Below are positions 33,401 to 61,490 of a stretch of 64,000 bases of DNA, one piece after another; position 1 is the stretch's first letter, and every line of letters begins with the position of its first letter. Under the pieces are notes generated by a model that made no database searches, was not told the origin of the DNA, and worked only from the letters and a program-made list of their open reading frames with translations. The position numbers and the translations under genes were made by a program. Source of the DNA: Macrostomum lignano (taxonomy: Eukaryota). The stretch covers positions 186,001-250,000 of the forward strand of contig NIVC01000759.1 of the NCBI GenBank assembly GCA_002269645.1, read 5' to 3'.

Positions 33401-35019
33401 GTTCACTTTTGGAGGGGGTTGCTTGCTGTCTTGGGAATATTTTCTATTTAGTGAAACGATATTTTGTTGACTGTTTGTTAATTTTAGAGAAAAAGTGATT
33501 TTTTTAATTTTGCAAACATCTTAGTCCGTGACAATTTTACACGAATAAGGTGATTTTTAAAATGTGAAGAAGGAATTAGTGTTTAAGAAAATGTGTTTTT
33601 TTATTGTTTTCCATGAACTATTTTTGCTCCTTTCTTATTGGGCGCCCCGAAGGGGGGCCGCACTAGATTGCTAGTCTATATCTATGCCTAATACAAACTA
33701 TTACCAATAAGAAATGAGTGAAATATATAGACCTAGGCTACATTTATTATCATTTATTTGATTCTATTTAGATATTTAAAGCTATGGCCATCTTGGTTAT
33801 GCACTAGCTAGGCTAGACTCTAGACTAGAGTAGAGTCCTTTCTATAGGCCTAGTGTTAGGGCCTAATTATTAAAAACAAATAACATTATTAGAGGCAAAA
33901 AAATAGCTTTTTAAAAATGATTTAGTAAGCATTCTCAGTTCTCAATAAATCTGCAATGTAATTTAGGCTTAGCCAAAGCCATATAGGCCTACCTAACCAA
34001 TTTAGCAATCAGCATCCTGCTAGATTTAATAATATACCATTATACCAATTAGTATAGCAAGTATGATAACTAAAAATAGACCCCTTTGACAATGTTCGAT
34101 GTAGCAAAAAATCATTTATTGACTTTGGTGACAAAACAATACACTCTAGTTCCTAGACCTAGTCTAGTCGATACGGTACATGTAGGCGGTAGTGTACTTT
34201 CGGCGACTTTGCATAGTGATTTGATAATATAGCTTTGTGCGCTAATGCTCGGATAATTGTTGTTTGTTTTTGCAGTGCATTGTGAGCACATGTACATGTA
34301 TTTCACTGTTTAATAAACTTTATTTAAATTAGTGATCGATCGAGCGCATTTCTGAGTGCTACATGAACGATCAGGCACCAAGGACCACCATAAGTAGAAG
34401 CCTAGCCTACGGGGTTCGTTAAAGAGAAAATTTTGAGCCAGTGCGTTCTTGAAAGACGTTTAAAATACGCTTCTAGTAAAACGAATGTCGCAAGATCTTT
34501 TATTTATTGGCGCAATATATACCAAGACCTATACTATTTTCAACATTATCTATTGTTTAATAATTATCCCTTGAAATAAATGTCTATCACTAATACTAGT
34601 TTGTTGTTTTCTTACTTTTTAACAGCGAAAGAAAATAGCGTGCGATTGAATTAGTAGTATTGAGGCTAAATTGAGCATATTTTTTTTCTATTAAAAAGTA
34701 CTCTTTATCCTTTGGAGTTAGTCTAATTAAAACCAGTGCCTGGCAACTACACCTCAGAGTCAGAGTTGTCAATTTTTAATTCCTATTAGATTTGAATGCA
34801 GTGAAATAAAAGAATCTTATAGACTTTGCTTTAAATAAGCCAATAGACAATAGTCGCCAAAATACTAGATTTTTTCATTTTGATAGCCACTCAAAATACC
34901 CCCCGCCTAATTAAGGCAGAAACCTTAAAAAATCAAAGAGAATTTTCGCCAGAATACAGAGCCACTCTTCTGCCCCCTTCCCTTGGGTCTTTACCCTCTC
35001 CAGAATCTATCCCCCTTAA

Positions 35020-35592
35020 CACCAGAATGGAATTCTTGTACAAAAGTTGTTACGCGTTTGTGCGCGCTTGTCAAATTCGTGCGCGCTTGCGTGCTGAAAT
35101 GGAGCCTACTTGCGCGCTCTTAAAGGTGTGTGCGTGCTCCATCGTATGCGCTTGCAAAGAAGCTGTTTGCCGCAGAATCACAGACAGGATTTGACTTTTA
35201 CATGCATTCAACATGTTTATGTGCCATGTAGTGTATGCGCGCTCAAGTTCTCCTATTTTTCATAGTCCGAAGGTTGTTTTTACGCCGGAAAATTTTAAAC
35301 AAAAGTAAAACAAAGAATAATAGTTTTTAGCAAAAAAAGTAACTTTAAAGTTTAGTGAAACTCTTATCATTTTTAAAAAATATTTTCTCCAAACAATTAT
35401 AGTGTTCAAGATACTTTACACTTAAAGTACAACTTTCTAATTTACGTCGGCGTAAGAATTGAAAAACTAGAAAATTCATTTTTAGCCATGATCTGCATTA
35501 TTACTTTTTACAGCTGGCGTGCGCGCTTGCGCGCTGCTCCAAAAACGTGCGCGCGCGTTTTCCTACCCCCGAGCAAGAATTCCATCCTGGCC
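35020..35592. mobile_element. TTAA-flanked MITE (Kolobok- or piggyBac-type) nested in another MITE
   Basis: TTAA at 35016-35019 and 35593-35596; imperfect TIR CACCAGAATGGAATTCTTG / GGCCAGGATGGAATTCTTG. Confidence 0.75.
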
Positions 35593-36059
35593 TTAACAGA
35601 AATTTCTGGTTGCACTAGGGCCTACAAGGCACTATCATCATAATTTATTTTATTACATTCTTATACTTATAAATGAAATATATATTCTTTTTTCCATTTT
35701 AGTTTAGCATAGCTCATTTTCATTCTAATAGTTAAATATATTATACCAAATAGACTTAATCTTAGATTTGTCATTAGGATATTATACTTTCAAGAGTATA
35801 TAAAATGTTTATCTGCATTTGTGGTAAATCTAGGATTTTAAAAATAGACAAGTACATAGGCCCAACTTTTTAGGTTGGCCCCAAAATTAAACATGATCCC
35901 ATTTACCCCTTTTATATGCAAGTCTAGCCATGAAAATAGTTGGAGCAAAAAACTGGTTTATATATATATATATATATATATCTGCATATATATATCTAAG
36001 TGTTAATATATTAAATATAACTATCTATTTCAATAATAATTGTATATAAATCTGTACAC

Positions 36060-36705
36060 AGTCTAATCTTACTAGCATCTGGTATACCTATCTCATTAGC
36101 ACATCAATCTGGTATCATATATCTTACTAGTATATTAATCTAGTATACCATCTCAATAGTACCCCAATCCGATACACCCATCTCCCTAGCATACCAATCT
36201 AGTATACCCATCTCACTAGTACACTAATCTTATATACCCATTTCACTAGCAGACCAATCTAATGCATCCATTTCACTAATACACCAATTTGATATACCCA
36301 TTTCACTAGCATACCAATCTTATATACCCATCTCACTAGTACACCAATCTAATACACCTATCTCACTAGCATACCAATCTGATACACCCATTTCACCAGC
36401 ACACTAATCTGATACATCCATTTTATCAGTACACCAATCTGATACATCCATTTCATTAGTACACCAATCTGGTACACCCATCTCACCAGTACACTGATCT
36501 GGTACACCCATCTCACTAGTACACTAATCTTACATACCCATTTCACCAGTACACCAATCTGATACATCCATTTTACCAGTACACCAATCTGATATATCCA
36601 TTTCACTAGTACACCAATCTGGTACATTCATCTTACCAGTACACCGATCTGGTACACCCATCTCACTAGTACACCAATCTGGTACACTCATCTCACTATT
36701 ACACC
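36060..36705. repeat. 30-bp minisatellite immediately upstream of the SLC38A9 start codon
   Basis: catctcactagtacaccaatctggtacacc is repeated, with variants. Confidence 0.9.
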
Positions 36706-36806
36706 AATTTGTGCATGTTCCAGCCAGGTTTCTGACTCACCCAGCCTTTCGAGGCCGACTACCTTTTAAAAAAGGAAACACTGGGACAGACGAGCTCTAG
36801 AAGTCC

Positions 36807-47755
<10,949 letters not shown>

Positions 47756-48231
47756 AGGTGAAGTGCTAGCCTACTTATAGTAGGACAAGCGCGCATGTTT
47801 CTCCGCGATGAACAGAAATATTTTAACTTTTAAAACTGGAATATGGGTTATTAGCTGACTTAATTGTTAAACAGTGTTATGAAATATTACAGTGCAGTAG
47901 AATCACGCAGTTTTCACATCTAATTCGATAGCGTCATTACTAAACTAATTGAATTTTTATCTTTGTCATTTTTTGTGAATATTCTCTATTAGCTTTGTTC
48001 CCCTCACTCTAACATTCTCGTTGCTGAGCAAATTCTGCTATTCATACTACTCCCCTTGTCAGTATTCAGTACTGCACGTATCCATTTTTTACTTTGATTG
48101 TGGTTCCGAGCTGTCTCCTCCTGCCTGCCAAATACAAAATAAATTTTTGGATGGAAATTCTTCCTCAGCCAATCAAATGTCAAACAACTGCTGTTTCGGA
48201 TTGTCAGTTTCTAGATCGCATATTGGGGTGC

Positions 48232-48875
48232 ACAGGGGCCCTGACTTTCTAACCATCAGGCATGTACACTCTGTGCCTCGGGGGGGCCCTGACTTTCTAA
48301 TCATCAGGCATGTACACTCTGTGTCTCGGGGGGGGGGGCCTGACTTTCTAACCATCAGGCATGTACACTCTGTGTCTCGGGGGGGGGCCTGACTTTCTAA
48401 CCATCAGGCATGTACACTCTGTGCCTCAGGGGGGGGCCTGACTTTCTAACCATCAGGCATGTACACTCTGTGTCTCGGGGGGGGGCCTGACTTTCTAATC
48501 ATCGGGCATGTACACTCTGTGTCTCGGGGGGGGGGCCCTGACTTTCTAATCATCGGGCATGTACACTCTGTGTCTCGGGGGGGGGGCCCTGACTTTCTAA
48601 TCATCGGGCATGTACACTCTGTGTCTCGGGGGGGGCCTGACTTTCTAATCATCGGGCATGTACACTCTGTGCCTCGGGGGGGCCTGACTTTCTAATCATC
48701 AGGCATGTACACTCTGTGCCTCGGGGGGGGGGCTGACTTTCTAATCATCAGGCATGTACACTCTGTGCCTCGGGGGGGGCCCTGACTTTCTAATCATCAG
48801 GCATGTACACTCTGTGCCTCGGGGGGGCCTGACTTTCTAATCATCAGGCATGTACACTCTGTGCCTCGGGGGGGG
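48232..48875. repeat. ~45-bp minisatellite with variable G-run
   Basis: cctgactttctaatcatcaggcatgtacactctgtgtctc(G)n; a single inverted relative lies at ~6255-6290. Confidence 0.95.
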
Positions 48876-51243
48876 GGGGGGGGGTGGACCGTCATGAGTG
48901 TGAATTGCACCACAAATGAATGTGTTTTCAAATTGCCGGTTGCTTTCGCAGACTGGGCCGGTGAGGCCGCTGCCGCCTCCCCTCCCTCCTAATGATCGAC
49001 CCAAAAAATTGCGAATTTCCAAAGACTAAATGAAACAGCAAGCAGGTACATGCAAACCAAGCTCGGATGACAGGAGCTCAACTTTAACCACCTCTGGGAC
49101 GTACACGTAGGAGACAAATGCATCCACCTTTTTAATGTTGAGGCAGGGGGCTGGGCGACATTGGTTGTCACACAACCGGCGAGAGGCATTACTCTCCATT
49201 CCACCGACTCCCCTGAGCAGGCACACAAGCGCGCGGATACGTACGCATTCATATGCACCGGCACACTCGCACAGGAGTGTAGCGGCCCTAATTTATTGTT
49301 TGGCATGTACAAAGCGTGTTAATTGTTAAGGAGAGCCAAGCTGAGAATTCGATCTAGTCCCAAAAATTAACTTGACTGCACTTGGAATCGAGCCTGGGCC
49401 GCTGGCACACCAGAGCGCCGCGCTTGACCACTGGGCTGCGGCCCCATCCGATGTGCTTACCGTGAGACTAATTAAGACCAGAAGCCATAACTGCCCAGAA
49501 CACTAGGACTCTGCATGCACAACCCCAGTAGCGGCTCTGCAAGTCACGTGTGCAGAGTGCACATGCGCTGCAAAGCTTGCCTGCATGCATGCCGTTTGGT
49601 AAGGCTGGTGGTGAGTTTGAACAGACGATCGAGTCTCTGATGCGGCTTCTAACGTATCGTGTAGTTGCAAATTCATGCACGAGCTACTGTACACGGTGTA
49701 CATGCATTTCTGACCCCTGAGCATGCACTCAAGGGTTTCTGACCCCATTATAATGTACATCCCATCGTCTGGCCGTCGTCTGCACCAGCGCGCCAGCACT
49801 AAAAGGGGGGCGTCAGCATCAAAGGGATTAATAACGAATAGTCTAAGGTACATATATTCATTTAAAAAAATTTCTTTTGTGTTAATTTACATTACTATAT
49901 ACGAGTTCTTATGACTATAATAGTGCAGAGAGAGATTAGCTAAGAATTTAGAGAATATGACTCAGGTAAGCTCCATAATGTGCTTGCTTTGACAGTCACA
50001 TAATCAGAGTGACCTTTAATTTATTTGATTGTCACATGGGTGACCGCTTGTTTGCTTGTCACATTGATCACACGGTAGTGATCGTTTATTTGACTCTCAC
50101 ATTTATTGTAGATTTGCTTTATTTAGAGACAACAAAGGCTTGGCCACCGGGCGGCCTTGAGCGCCAATATATATTTAGTAATCGATATTGCGTAGGTTGG
50201 AGTTGGGCCTGATAAACAAGAAGCCTGCAAACTGATTGGCTGCAGGGTGACGGGAAAGGCAGTGTACAACTGAGTGTCAGAGAGCTGAGCGGTGTACGAC
50301 CAAAAATAACTGGTCACACGACGATACGAGTGACCGTTTAGTTGACGGTCACATTGCATGGAGGGCCACACGAGTGACCGTTTATTGATGGGGTGGAGGG
50401 TCACACGTGATAGTTTTTTGATGATCAGAAAACAGTGAAACTGTGACCGTGACAATTTCACACGGGTACATGCATGGTGCGATTGCTCGCATAGTGCGAG
50501 AGCCATTCCTGCAGAACTGCTACCAGACTCAAACTTCTGCTCAAAACCCAGTCTCTTTAGCATGATGGGTGGAGATCCAGCTCACCCAGTACAGAAGCTT
50601 CACAGAGCACAGCTGTTGGAACTTCAATGCTGCACAGATTAAAAGAAATAATCGAGTTTGTTGAAAACCAATTTTGCTGGCGCTAATAAACTTCGAGCGG
50701 CTATCAACAATTAATATTCACGCATTTATTATCAATAAATTTAATTGGCATGCAGAGAAATTGTTTCAGCAGGCAGGAACAGAACGCATTGCTGGATACA
50801 CGGGCGGCAGGGGGGCATGCTGCAATGGTTTTGAACAACTATCAAATAAAATAAAATTTGAAAAACGGGCAAAACAAAACCGGATTCAGCGAGCAGAAAT
50901 ACAGTACAGTATGCAGCGAGTCTGCTTCTTCTAGAAGAGGCAAAGAAGCAAGAGAAATAAAAACAAAATCGGTGGAAGCCAGGTTAATAATTCAGAAGAG
51001 AATATTAAAAAACAGCATCCAGTCCGACGCGATAAACAGATTCGCAAAACTGAAATCGGATAAAAAAGGAGGAAGCCGTGACAAGCCAAATTAAACCAGG
51101 CAAAACAGATTCTCTTGGAGGCAATGAAAACAATTGTATAAAAATAGAGATAAAACGCTAGACATGCTACTCATGCGTGTAACAGCGACAATTTTTAATT
51201 ATGTCGTCTAAAACTTTTACGAACTAAGAAATTCATTTTGGTT

Positions 51244-53505
51244 TCAGGACCTGGTTTCGTAGAAGCCGCTCTTGCCGATGTACCGAACCCACTTGATGAC
51301 GTCATGATCCGAGTAGTTCAGCTTGGACTCGAACACCTTCAGGTAGCGGACTTTGAAGCCGGATGGAGCGAAGGGCACCTGCGGGAATTTCAGTGTGAGA
51401 TTCCGATGCAAGTTTGGGATTCACATGCAGCTAATGTACATGGGATTCTAATGTACAGTGTGAGATTCCAGTGCAGCTGATGTAGTGTGGGATTCACATG
51501 CAGCTAATGTACATGGGATTCTAATGTACAGTGTGAGATTCCAGTGCAGCTGATGTAGTGTGGGATTCCAGTGCAGCTAATGTAGTGTGGGATTCCAATG
51601 TAGCTAATGTACAGTGTGGGATTCCAATGTAGCTAATGTACAGTGTGGGATTCCAGTGCAGCTAATGTACAGTGTGGGATTCCAGTGCAGCTAATGTACA
51701 GTGTGGGATTCGAATGCAGCTAATGTACAGTGTGAATTCCAGTGTAGCTAATGTACAGTGTGGGATTCCAGTGTAGTAATGTACAGTGTGGAATTCCAAT
51801 GTAGCTAATGTACAGTGAGGGATTCCAGTGCAGCTAATGTACAGTGAGGGATTCCAGTGTAGCTAATGTACAGTGAGGGATTCCAGTGTAGCTAATGTAC
51901 AGTGAGGGATTCCAGTGTAGCTAATGTACAGTGAGGGATTCCAGTGTAGCTAATGTACAGTGTGGGATTCCAGCAAGCAGTGATCCGACATAGCCACCTC
52001 AAAGTTCATGGAAATGGGCGGCCGGGTCCACTTCTTGGCTTTGTCGGTGGAGCTGAGCATGTCGATCTCGGCGCTCAGCTGCAGCTCCTTCATGCCGCCC
52101 ATCCGCTTGATCTTCCACACGATGGCGTTGTCGGAGGCCTTGTACCTGGCCCGGCCCTTCATGCAAACCACCTGCACTCCGCTGGTGTTCAGCGGGGTGG
52201 GGATTCGAACCTCAACCTTCTGGGCCAGCAGGGATGGCTTGAAGTTGCTCTTGACCACCACCTTGACCTCCATGCCGGACCGGCCGGTCTCGCGCACTAA
52301 CGGGATGACCCGGAACGGCAGGCTGATGTCCTTGGTGGTCCGGTAGGTCATGAGTTCGAACTCGCCGTCCGGCGGGATGAACGAGATGGAGTGCTCGGTG
52401 TCGAACTTGCTGAGCTTCACGCACTGGTGGAACTGGCAGTCGTCGATGGCGATGTGGCCGGACTTGCCCCCGCCGCCTCCCGAGGCTTCGCCAGCGCCGC
52501 CGCCGCGCCTGCTGTCCACCACGACCTTGTCGTTGATGCCGAACTTGCACTCGGGCATGCCGGACAGGTAGGACTTCATTCGGACACGGCCGGACACGTG
52601 GGCGGACAGCACCTGGCCCTGGGGCGACATCAGCAGGTTGACGGACTCGATCACGTCAAGGAACAGCTCGTTGCGCCGGTACTTGATGCCCTCCCGGCGC
52701 CAGGCAATCTGTCCCGTGACCTGCGGGATATTCAATGGTATACGGATGCTTGGGCGGTTGAAATTAATAGACAAAATAGAAGGCTGTCTACGCAACGGAA
52801 CGCTCACTACGTCAATTAAGGTTAGCTGAAGGTTCAAACATTAATATTAATAATTTATGAAGGCTTAGTGAAGTTAGTGAAGGCTCTCTACGTCATTTAG
52901 GAATCTCAACGTTAGACAAGGATCCCTACGTTAACGAAGGTTCCCAAACTTAACTAAGAATGCCTACGTTAAAGACGGCTCCCTTCGCTACGATACCCTA
53001 CAATAAATAGTCGAGGCTCTTTACGTAAATGAAGTCTCCCCCACCCCACCTGATTGGTAATTCTCGTGGTCTCCTCCTTGGTCTGCGCCCTGACGCCCTG
53101 CTGGGTGATGTAGGTCTTCAGCACGCCCGTGTCGGTGTTCTGCGGGTAGCCGTAGTCCAGCAGCTCGTCAAGCAGCTCGTAGATGAGCACAAAGTTATTC
53201 TTGATGTTCTCCTCGTTGATCTTGCCGAAGTAGGACACCATGACTTCGATCATCTTGTAGAGAAACTGGAACACCAGCGATGCGCTGACATTCTTCTTGG
53301 CCACCGCGCACAGCCAGATGTTCGACCGCTTCACGTGGAAGAAGCTGGTGCGGCCGATGCTGCTGACTGGCGACCGCACCTGCTGCCTGGCGTGAATGAC
53401 GTTCACCCTGAAGGCGTCCACCGCCTCGCGACCGATGTCGTCTCGGTAGACCCGCGAGATTAGCACCTCGCCTTTGTGGTTGTAGATGAATAGGCCGCCT
53501 ATCAT
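51244..53505 (-). CDS. AP2M1: AP-2 complex subunit mu, 3 exons, 437 aa
   Basis: Exons 53505-53050, 52720-51998 and 51378-51244: [23 protein letters not shown]...[23 protein letters not shown]...[14 protein letters not shown]...[26 protein letters not shown]...[16 protein letters not shown]. Confidence 0.98.
51400..51970. repeat. 29-bp minisatellite filling AP2M1 intron 2
   Basis: ggattccagtgcagctaatgtacagtgtg is repeated. Confidence 0.95.
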
Positions 53506-54759
53506 GGCTGAGCTGTGTGACACTGCCCTGCTCAGCTGGCAATCAGCTGGTGCATGCATGCAACGGTACTAAATAAATAAATTTTTGTCAACATCCATAA
53601 CAAAGGACAGAATAGCTAAGGGGTTGATATGCTCATATATACGATTGGGAATACCCCAAATAGAGCACTAAGGATATATATATATAACAGGGTGCAGTAG
53701 CTTTGGGGTTAACAAGAATGCAAACAAATTTTATACAAAACTATAGAATCAATAGGCCTACCTATCCAAGGTTTGATATTATATATTTATTGATTTGCTT
53801 GACAATTTATATTGAAATATATTATAACAATCTGGCTATTAAGCATTATTGAAGATTATAAGCATAAAGACATAACAAGACAGGTACTGCAAATATTGTT
53901 GTTGGCTACTAAATATTATCTATAACTAAAATCAAAACTCAATAGAAGGGAAAGTTACATTATTTTATAATATATTTACTGAAGTTAATGTTTTAGAAAA
54001 TAAAAAGATTTATATATTATCTAAACAAAACTAGAGGCTATAGTAGGCTTAAACCTATATGAATAAAACCTTTATATAAAAGAAATATATTGTATAACAA
54101 GTAGCCTTGTAAAATATTATGATAAAGTGACCAAATATTGAAATACCTAGAACTTAGCTACTTAATACTTTGATATCATATCAACTAATCAGTGAAATGG
54201 TAAATGACAATGCATTGCAACACAGATTAGTACATATGGTAATGCATACAAAACTATTAAAAAATTTAGATACTTTATCTTCCTATTAAAACAATATAAC
54301 CACCAATAAAATGGCTACTCGTCTTAAATATAATTTTTTTTTAAAAATTCAAACACTAATACAAATTTTATATACAATCTTTATACTTTAATTTACTTAC
54401 AATTGACATGCTTAGTAGATGACAAAATGACTCCCTTAAATTAGTATATACAAATTAAGATGGCAAAATGACTAGAACCAAAGTGGGATCATAGATACCA
54501 TATTAAATGACAAAATGACTCCCTGTTATTGTATATTGATTAAGATAACAAAGTGACTAGAACCAAGAAGGAGTCATAGATATCCTATTAAGTAACAAAA
54601 TAGATTATAATGACAAAATAGCAGATAATAAAATGATTAAGAACTACATAAATACTAAGGGTTAGACAAATCATATTTTAGAGATTTTTTAAATTTGATT
54701 GAGATTTGAGATTAGGTTTAATTAACATTTGTAGGCCTATTTACACTATTTTATCTATT

Positions 54760-57457
<2,698 letters not shown>

Positions 57458-58088
57458 ATACTAATATGGTTATTTGTTTAATATGTACTATGATAGTAAT
57501 AATAGAAGGAAAAACAATTATTATATAATATTGAGCTGGTTAATAACTTAACATATACAAACTCTCAAATCTATTATATGGTAGGCCCCTATACTAGAAA
57601 AAGTGACCTCCTTTATTATATTTTTAATATTAGAAAAATAAATTTACTCATGATATATGCACATTGTTGGAAGAGATTTCAATAATAAAAGACCTTTTTG
57701 TATTGCAACACTAAGACCTTTTTTGCATTACAATATTTTGGTATTTTGCATGCTAATAGCTAGGGCCCACCATATGTCAGCTCTGCCTCTGTGGCATAAT
57801 TTTCAGGTAAATTATTCTATACACCAGATATTTTATGCCAACCCTTTTTCATGTCCATTTTATGCTAGAATTTTCTTGTGTATATATTATTATTAATTTG
57901 GGAATGAGGATATATATAAAATATAAATTATATGACCTAATATTGTTGTTGTTACTAATAGACCTAGTCATGTAAGTCACAAATCCTGACTTTTTTAAGA
58001 TCTTAAAACTAAGATTGAGATAAAAAAGTGCCAAGATCTTGATGATTAAGAATAAGATTGAGATTAAGATCTTGTCTAACCCCTTAAT

Positions 58089-58290
58089 CAGTGGCGCAAC
58101 TAGGGGGTCAAGGGGATGGTTACCCTAACGATTAGCTTAGGTGGAGACTAGAAAAAAGTCAAAGGGAGACCAAGCAAATTTTTGATAAAATATAAAGCTG
58201 CATTCTTTCCGCCCACCTTTAGGTTTTTACCTTCCAGCTTCCAGAATCTGCCCCCCTTCAATAATTTTTAGTTGCATTATTACTAGGGGC
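58089..58290. mobile_element. Short MITE (CAGTGGCGCAACTAG...TAGTTGC), same family as 25997
   Basis: Terminal inverted similarity and shared internal ttaggtggagact...caagc...ccagaatc. Confidence 0.6.
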
Positions 58291-60969
58291 AGTAGAACCT
58301 AATATTTTAGGAGGGCACCAGGCACAGAGCAAGGGGGGCATATGTACCTTTATAAGCTACTAATTATAGCCTAAAATTAGAAAAAGCACTAAAAATTACC
58401 ACATGGACTTATTTTCTGGGTGGGAGAGAGGCACATACATTTGGTGCCACAAGCTCTTGCCACCCATGACTAGGGCCTATTACCCCTAATAAATAGGCCC
58501 TATTATATTTAGATTTTATAGCATATTATTGACCTTTGTTAGCTTTGTAATAAGGCCCAATGAAAAGAAATGATGCAATTGTTTATGAGTAGGCCTGTTG
58601 CATGATCCTTTGGTTTCCTACTCTAAATTATTTAAACCCCTTTTTGAACTTTTCAGAATCTAACAAGCTCACAGAGTTCTTGCAAGAGTTTACAGAGTTC
58701 TATGTAAAGTAGTAGTGTGCTATCCAGTTAGAGGATATTGCCAAAGTGCTAATGGAAGAAAGCTTGGCACCATATGAACTCCTATAGGTACATTTTGAAC
58801 AAATTGTTGCTAGTTCCAAGCATAGCTTGAAACTTAGCTTTGCAGTTGCCCCACATTCTTTCTACAGTATTTGTGTGAACCACTGGGTTGTTCGGGTCCT
58901 AGAAATATAGCAACTGGTTGACCGTCAAGGGCAACTAATGTATTATCATGGATTAGGCCTAGCGACAGGGGCATAGCCAGGAATTTCCTACAGGGGGATA
59001 GGCCTACACCAATGTGAATTTTCTACAGGGAGGATATAAGGTAAAAGTGCTATGACAGTCATATGGTAGCATATATAGCAACAAAGGGCAACAAAAAAGT
59101 TTTGGTCAGGCTCTTCAGGGGGGAGTTGGGGAGGGATACATCCGGGACATCCCCCCTATCTCCCCCTCCCTATACCCCTGGTTGGCAAAAGTGTTAGAGG
59201 TGGCCCATTAGTCTAGGGTTTAAAAAATTTAGAGCAGGAAAGGAAACCAAAGGATTGCTGCTTATTGTTAGATATTTCATAGGCCTATTTGATTGCAAAC
59301 ATAGATGTAGCAATATAGTTTTGTATAAAACTTTCAGGTTTAATTATATAGATTTATTATAAGCATAAGAGCAATTTCCCAATTTTAGGCCCTATTTTTT
59401 ATCAAATTCAAAGAAAATAAAAGCAATCCTACAAGGCTAGGCCTAAAATATGTGATGAATAGGGTAAATCAATGGGGTCATATTCTTTGAGGGTCTATGC
59501 CAGATGTCTCTACAAGTATAAGTATAATATATTATATGACCTATCTTACACTAGGATAAGTAAGATTAGTAAGATAATAACACATTAAATGGCTGATTAG
59601 TTAGCATTGTTATTGTCGTTGACAGAAATACAAAGTAGGCCCCTAATGCCAAGGCCAGGGGTTTGTTTGTAAGCAGCAAGCTGAACATAGTGATGTCGCT
59701 TTAAATAAAAACCTGTAAATTAGGCCTTATGCGAACCTAAAAACTTTCTTACTCATAAGTACCCGTTGATAGCTACCAATAATATGGTAGAGGCTCAAGA
59801 GCATACACTCAGTCTGAGAACTCCGACTTCACTTTGCTTCACAGTGACTAAAACAAATTCCAAGAATATATTTTTAAAAATGTTCAATCATTTGATACCG
59901 ATGCTGATAATAAGTAAAATAGTGATGTGAAAAATAACAAAATACTTTCAGAAGTAGTGTTCGCCTATCTGCTTATTGCATTAAAAACTTACGCTGTGCT
60001 CGGAGCTCGGAGCTCTCGATCAGCCTCAAAATGTCGAAGGTCGACGTTTCACAAAGCTTAAAACCTCAAAAACCTAGAAATCCACAATTTTTCGACGTTC
60101 ACTGGCTCAAGTTTTCACATTCGTTATAAAGTCTTGTTAGTTGTGCTGGCTGCTGAAAACGGCCACCATTATTTCGAATATGGAAAATTTTAAAGTGTAG
60201 AGCTTCGCTCAAGCAAGAATAAGTATTTTTGAATTTTAAATTATTTTAAACTTTAAATTTTTAAAGTATTTTTGAACTTATCAATGTAAAAGATGGAGCT
60301 TGTAAAATAGACCTATCTTTGTGTAAAGGTTCAGCTCAAATTTTGTAGAGGACAAATTATCGACTTGTTTAGGAATAGATCTAAATCGGAAAATGCATGG
60401 AAACCCGGGGGTTAACGGCCGACTCATACGCAAAAGTATATATTTGGTCAATGATCAAGAGGCGATATCTACATGCATAATACAGTACAGATAGTATAGT
60501 ACACTACACAAGTTCAGCGTGTCGTAACATAATTCAAAGTGGGGGCTATTGGTGGGAGGGCACATTGCACATGATTTTTTTAATATAAGGGCACCCAAAC
60601 TCCTCCTGTTATGTCAGTTTGTGACATTGATTGTGACAACCGGGCCAATATTCAATTCTGTGTTGGAAGTCGCCAAAAGTCTGAAAAAATTGTTCGAATT
60701 TTCAACTACATGTACTTCAAACATTGCGCAACTGCACTGCACTATCAATATTTATCTCAAATGAATGAAAACTGCCAGGGCAAAACCAGTATTTTTCTGG
60801 ACCTCTTGGCTGCCTCCTTCAGTTCCTCTTGGCGCTGTCTATTTATTATTTTATCTGACGGCATTTTAGTGCTTTTAGTTGCAGCGCCAGCAGCGGTTTA
60901 AGTCTTGGGATTACGGCGGACTCGGAATTTCGATCAAAGATGCCAAAGTAAAGGGGCTAAATACTAAAA

Positions 60970-61490
60970 CAGGGGTTTTGCAGGCCAAATGTGGCCCGCA
61001 AAGCCTCTCTATCCGGCCTTTGGGTCCTTTGAATCTTCGCAATAGCAATCCGGCCCGCTCGATGTTTGTGTTTCTTCTCAGCTTTCTCTTCCCTCACCTC
61101 TCTCTTCTCATATATTCTCCTCTCCTCTCCTCTCCTCTCCTGTCCTCTCCTCTCCTGTCCTCTCCTCTCCTCTCCTCTCCTGTCCTCTCCTCTCCTCTCC
61201 TCTCCTCTCCTCTCCTCTCCTCCTCTCCTCTCCTCTCCTCTCCTTTCCTCTCATCTCTTCACCTCTCTCCTCTCCTATTTTATCTCTCTTCTCCTTTATT
61301 CCTTCGCCTCTCCTTTCTCCTGCGCTCGTATTTCTCTTCTCTATTCCCCATCCTCTCTCCCTATAGCCCGCAGTCATCAGGGACTCCTGGGCGCGCGTTT
61401 CGCTTATGGGGCCCAGCGAAGCGGACCCAGAAGGGCAGTCATGCGCTGTTCTCAATCCGGCCCTTGAGGTAAAAAGTTCGCTGACCCCTG
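60970..61490. mobile_element. hAT (Charlie-type) MITE with internal (CTCTC)n microsatellite
   Basis: Ends CAGGGGT...ACCCCTG, 8-bp flanks tactaaaa / aactaaaa (7 of 8 match), and ggccc subterminal motifs. Confidence 0.75.

Noticed and set aside
52969-53559. ORF-track start MHAPADC... for AP2M1
   Set aside because: The conserved AP2M1 N-terminus MIGGLFIYN begins at the ATG at 53505.
59700-60420. Possible TTAA-bounded non-autonomous DNA transposon
   Set aside because: The internal sequence looks MITE-like, but I could not pair convincing TIRs.
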